Source: Felis catus (taxonomy: Eukaryota). Taken from it: DNA of 64,000 nucleotides. The notes below the pieces were generated by a model. It was given only the letters and a program-made list of their open reading frames with translations, did no database searches and was not told the origin of the DNA. This document shows, piece after piece, positions 62,566-64,000 of this stretch; position 1 is the stretch's first letter; each line of letters starts with the position of its first letter. The stretch covers positions 148,430,001-148,494,000 of the forward strand of contig NC_058368.1 in the NCBI RefSeq assembly GCF_018350175.1. Direction: 5' to 3'. The translations under genes and the position numbers were made by a program.

Positions 62566-63871
62566 TATCTCCAGTTTTGAAATGAGGTCTCAGGGGCAAT
62601 GGACTTAAGTAATTTTTCCAAAAAGTAGATCAGTAGTACTATCTACACAACACCTAACGACACAATCTATGCAGATCTAAATTATGTGCAACTACTGCCA
62701 TTCTGGGCCAACTGTACATGATTACAAATAAACTTTCAAAACATACAAACATATTATATTCTAGATTCAAATTCTATAGCTTTGATATAACATGGAATAA
62801 AATCTGTACTTTTAACCATAACAACTTGATTACAGTTTTTGAGATCAGTAAATTTGATGAATTGTGTCTATATGGATTCAAATAGTAGGTGCTTTTTCTG
62901 CATTCATTTGAGAAGATGTAGTCTTATAAAACAAAGCATAAAATCTTTCTTTTAGTTTTCTTACTTCCTTTAAGTGATATATAGACTTTCTGAGTTTCTA
63001 GGTCTTTCTATTAAGTGTGATTTGTCACAAAAGTGTCTGCTTTCCATTTTCTGAAAGAGGGAGTTGGAGTATGAATAGATGCTGACCTAATTTGATTTCT
63101 CTTTGATTGTACTGGAGTGACAAGCATTCTTTATTGCACAATGGGGAGAACATATCTGATGATTGAGATTGTATTGACAAGGAGGAAAAATTCAAGTTGT
63201 GATTTCTCTATTAAGCAAAGACCTTTCAGAAGGGGAGAAAGATTAATGGATAGTGACATTAACTCTGTTTTCTCCAAGGCTTTAGACACTTCTAGATGGG
63301 TAAACTCTTTTCTATAATTCCTTAATATGAACAAAGGGTCATGAAATGTTTCTATCATGGCTAATCTTTCAGTGGAAGTGATGACTGCTTAGTTAATATG
63401 TTTAAAAGTAAAATAATTAAGAAAATAAATTTTAATAGTCATAGCATTTTGCTGAGTATAAAGTAGTCTTCCTACATTCACTTAATTAAAAACTATGTAT
63501 TAGAATTTGCATATTTAAGTACATATATCTAATGTTGTGCTAGTGCTATCAGGTCACACAACTTCTTGTTCTTTCTTCTTAAGTCTCTGCACTTTTTCTT
63601 AACTCTTTAGTTGTCCCAAGTATGTGGTGGATAAAAGATGAATAAGCTACGTACTTTGGAATCAAGGACCCTATACTGTAGCCTGGTAGATATCAATAAC
63701 AAAATTATCAATTGTGAATCCTCAATTTATCCTTCAGGCTTCTCTTTTTCAGACTCCCCTGATGACAGTTATTTTAAATTTATTAAATACTATAAATACA
63801 TAAATTTATTCATTAAATACTCTTCCCTTTCCACAGTCCATTGTTATTTAAAGTTAGTTACTTGGTTTTAA

Positions 63872-64000
63872 ACAATACTTACTGAGATCTAATGACATGT
63901 CACCCACTGAGCCAAGACATTTAAATGCTTTATTTTATTTAATCTTCAGAAACCCTTGAGAAGGTGCCTGCATTGAAATCATTTTCTTAATGAAACAATT
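63872..64000 (-). mobile_element. MIR (runs off window end)
   Basis: acttactgagatctaat...ttatttaatcttcagaaacccttgagaagg...cattttcttaatga. Confidence 0.6.

Overview
AT-rich mammalian nuclear DNA from a felid (cat family). The assignment rests on about 30 tRNA-derived CanSINEs, including young Felis-type SINEC_Fc copies, and a cat-type L1 3' end. I cannot support any host protein-coding exon, RNA gene or CpG-island promoter, and nearly all ORFs in the track come from SINEs, microsatellites or L1. The window reads as intergenic DNA or a large intron built from layered retroelements: L1s of several ages (two with twin-priming 5' inversions, two near-full-length but internally deleted), MIR/L2, MaLR/ERVL LTRs, and MER58 and Tigger2 DNA transposons. 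The most notable observation is two independent, heavily decayed endogenous retroviral envelope (env) remnants whose diagnostic motifs the ORF track largely misses. One is on the - strand at ~5.7-6.26 kb with its polypurine tract (PPT) and 3' LTR. The other is on the + strand at ~58.66-59.9 kb, with a PPT and a probable 3' LTR interrupted by Tigger2 and a SINE. Neither is intact, and I see no evidence for a functional novel system. Subfamily names come from recalled consensus features and need RepeatMasker/Dfam confirmation; boundaries of old elements are approximate.
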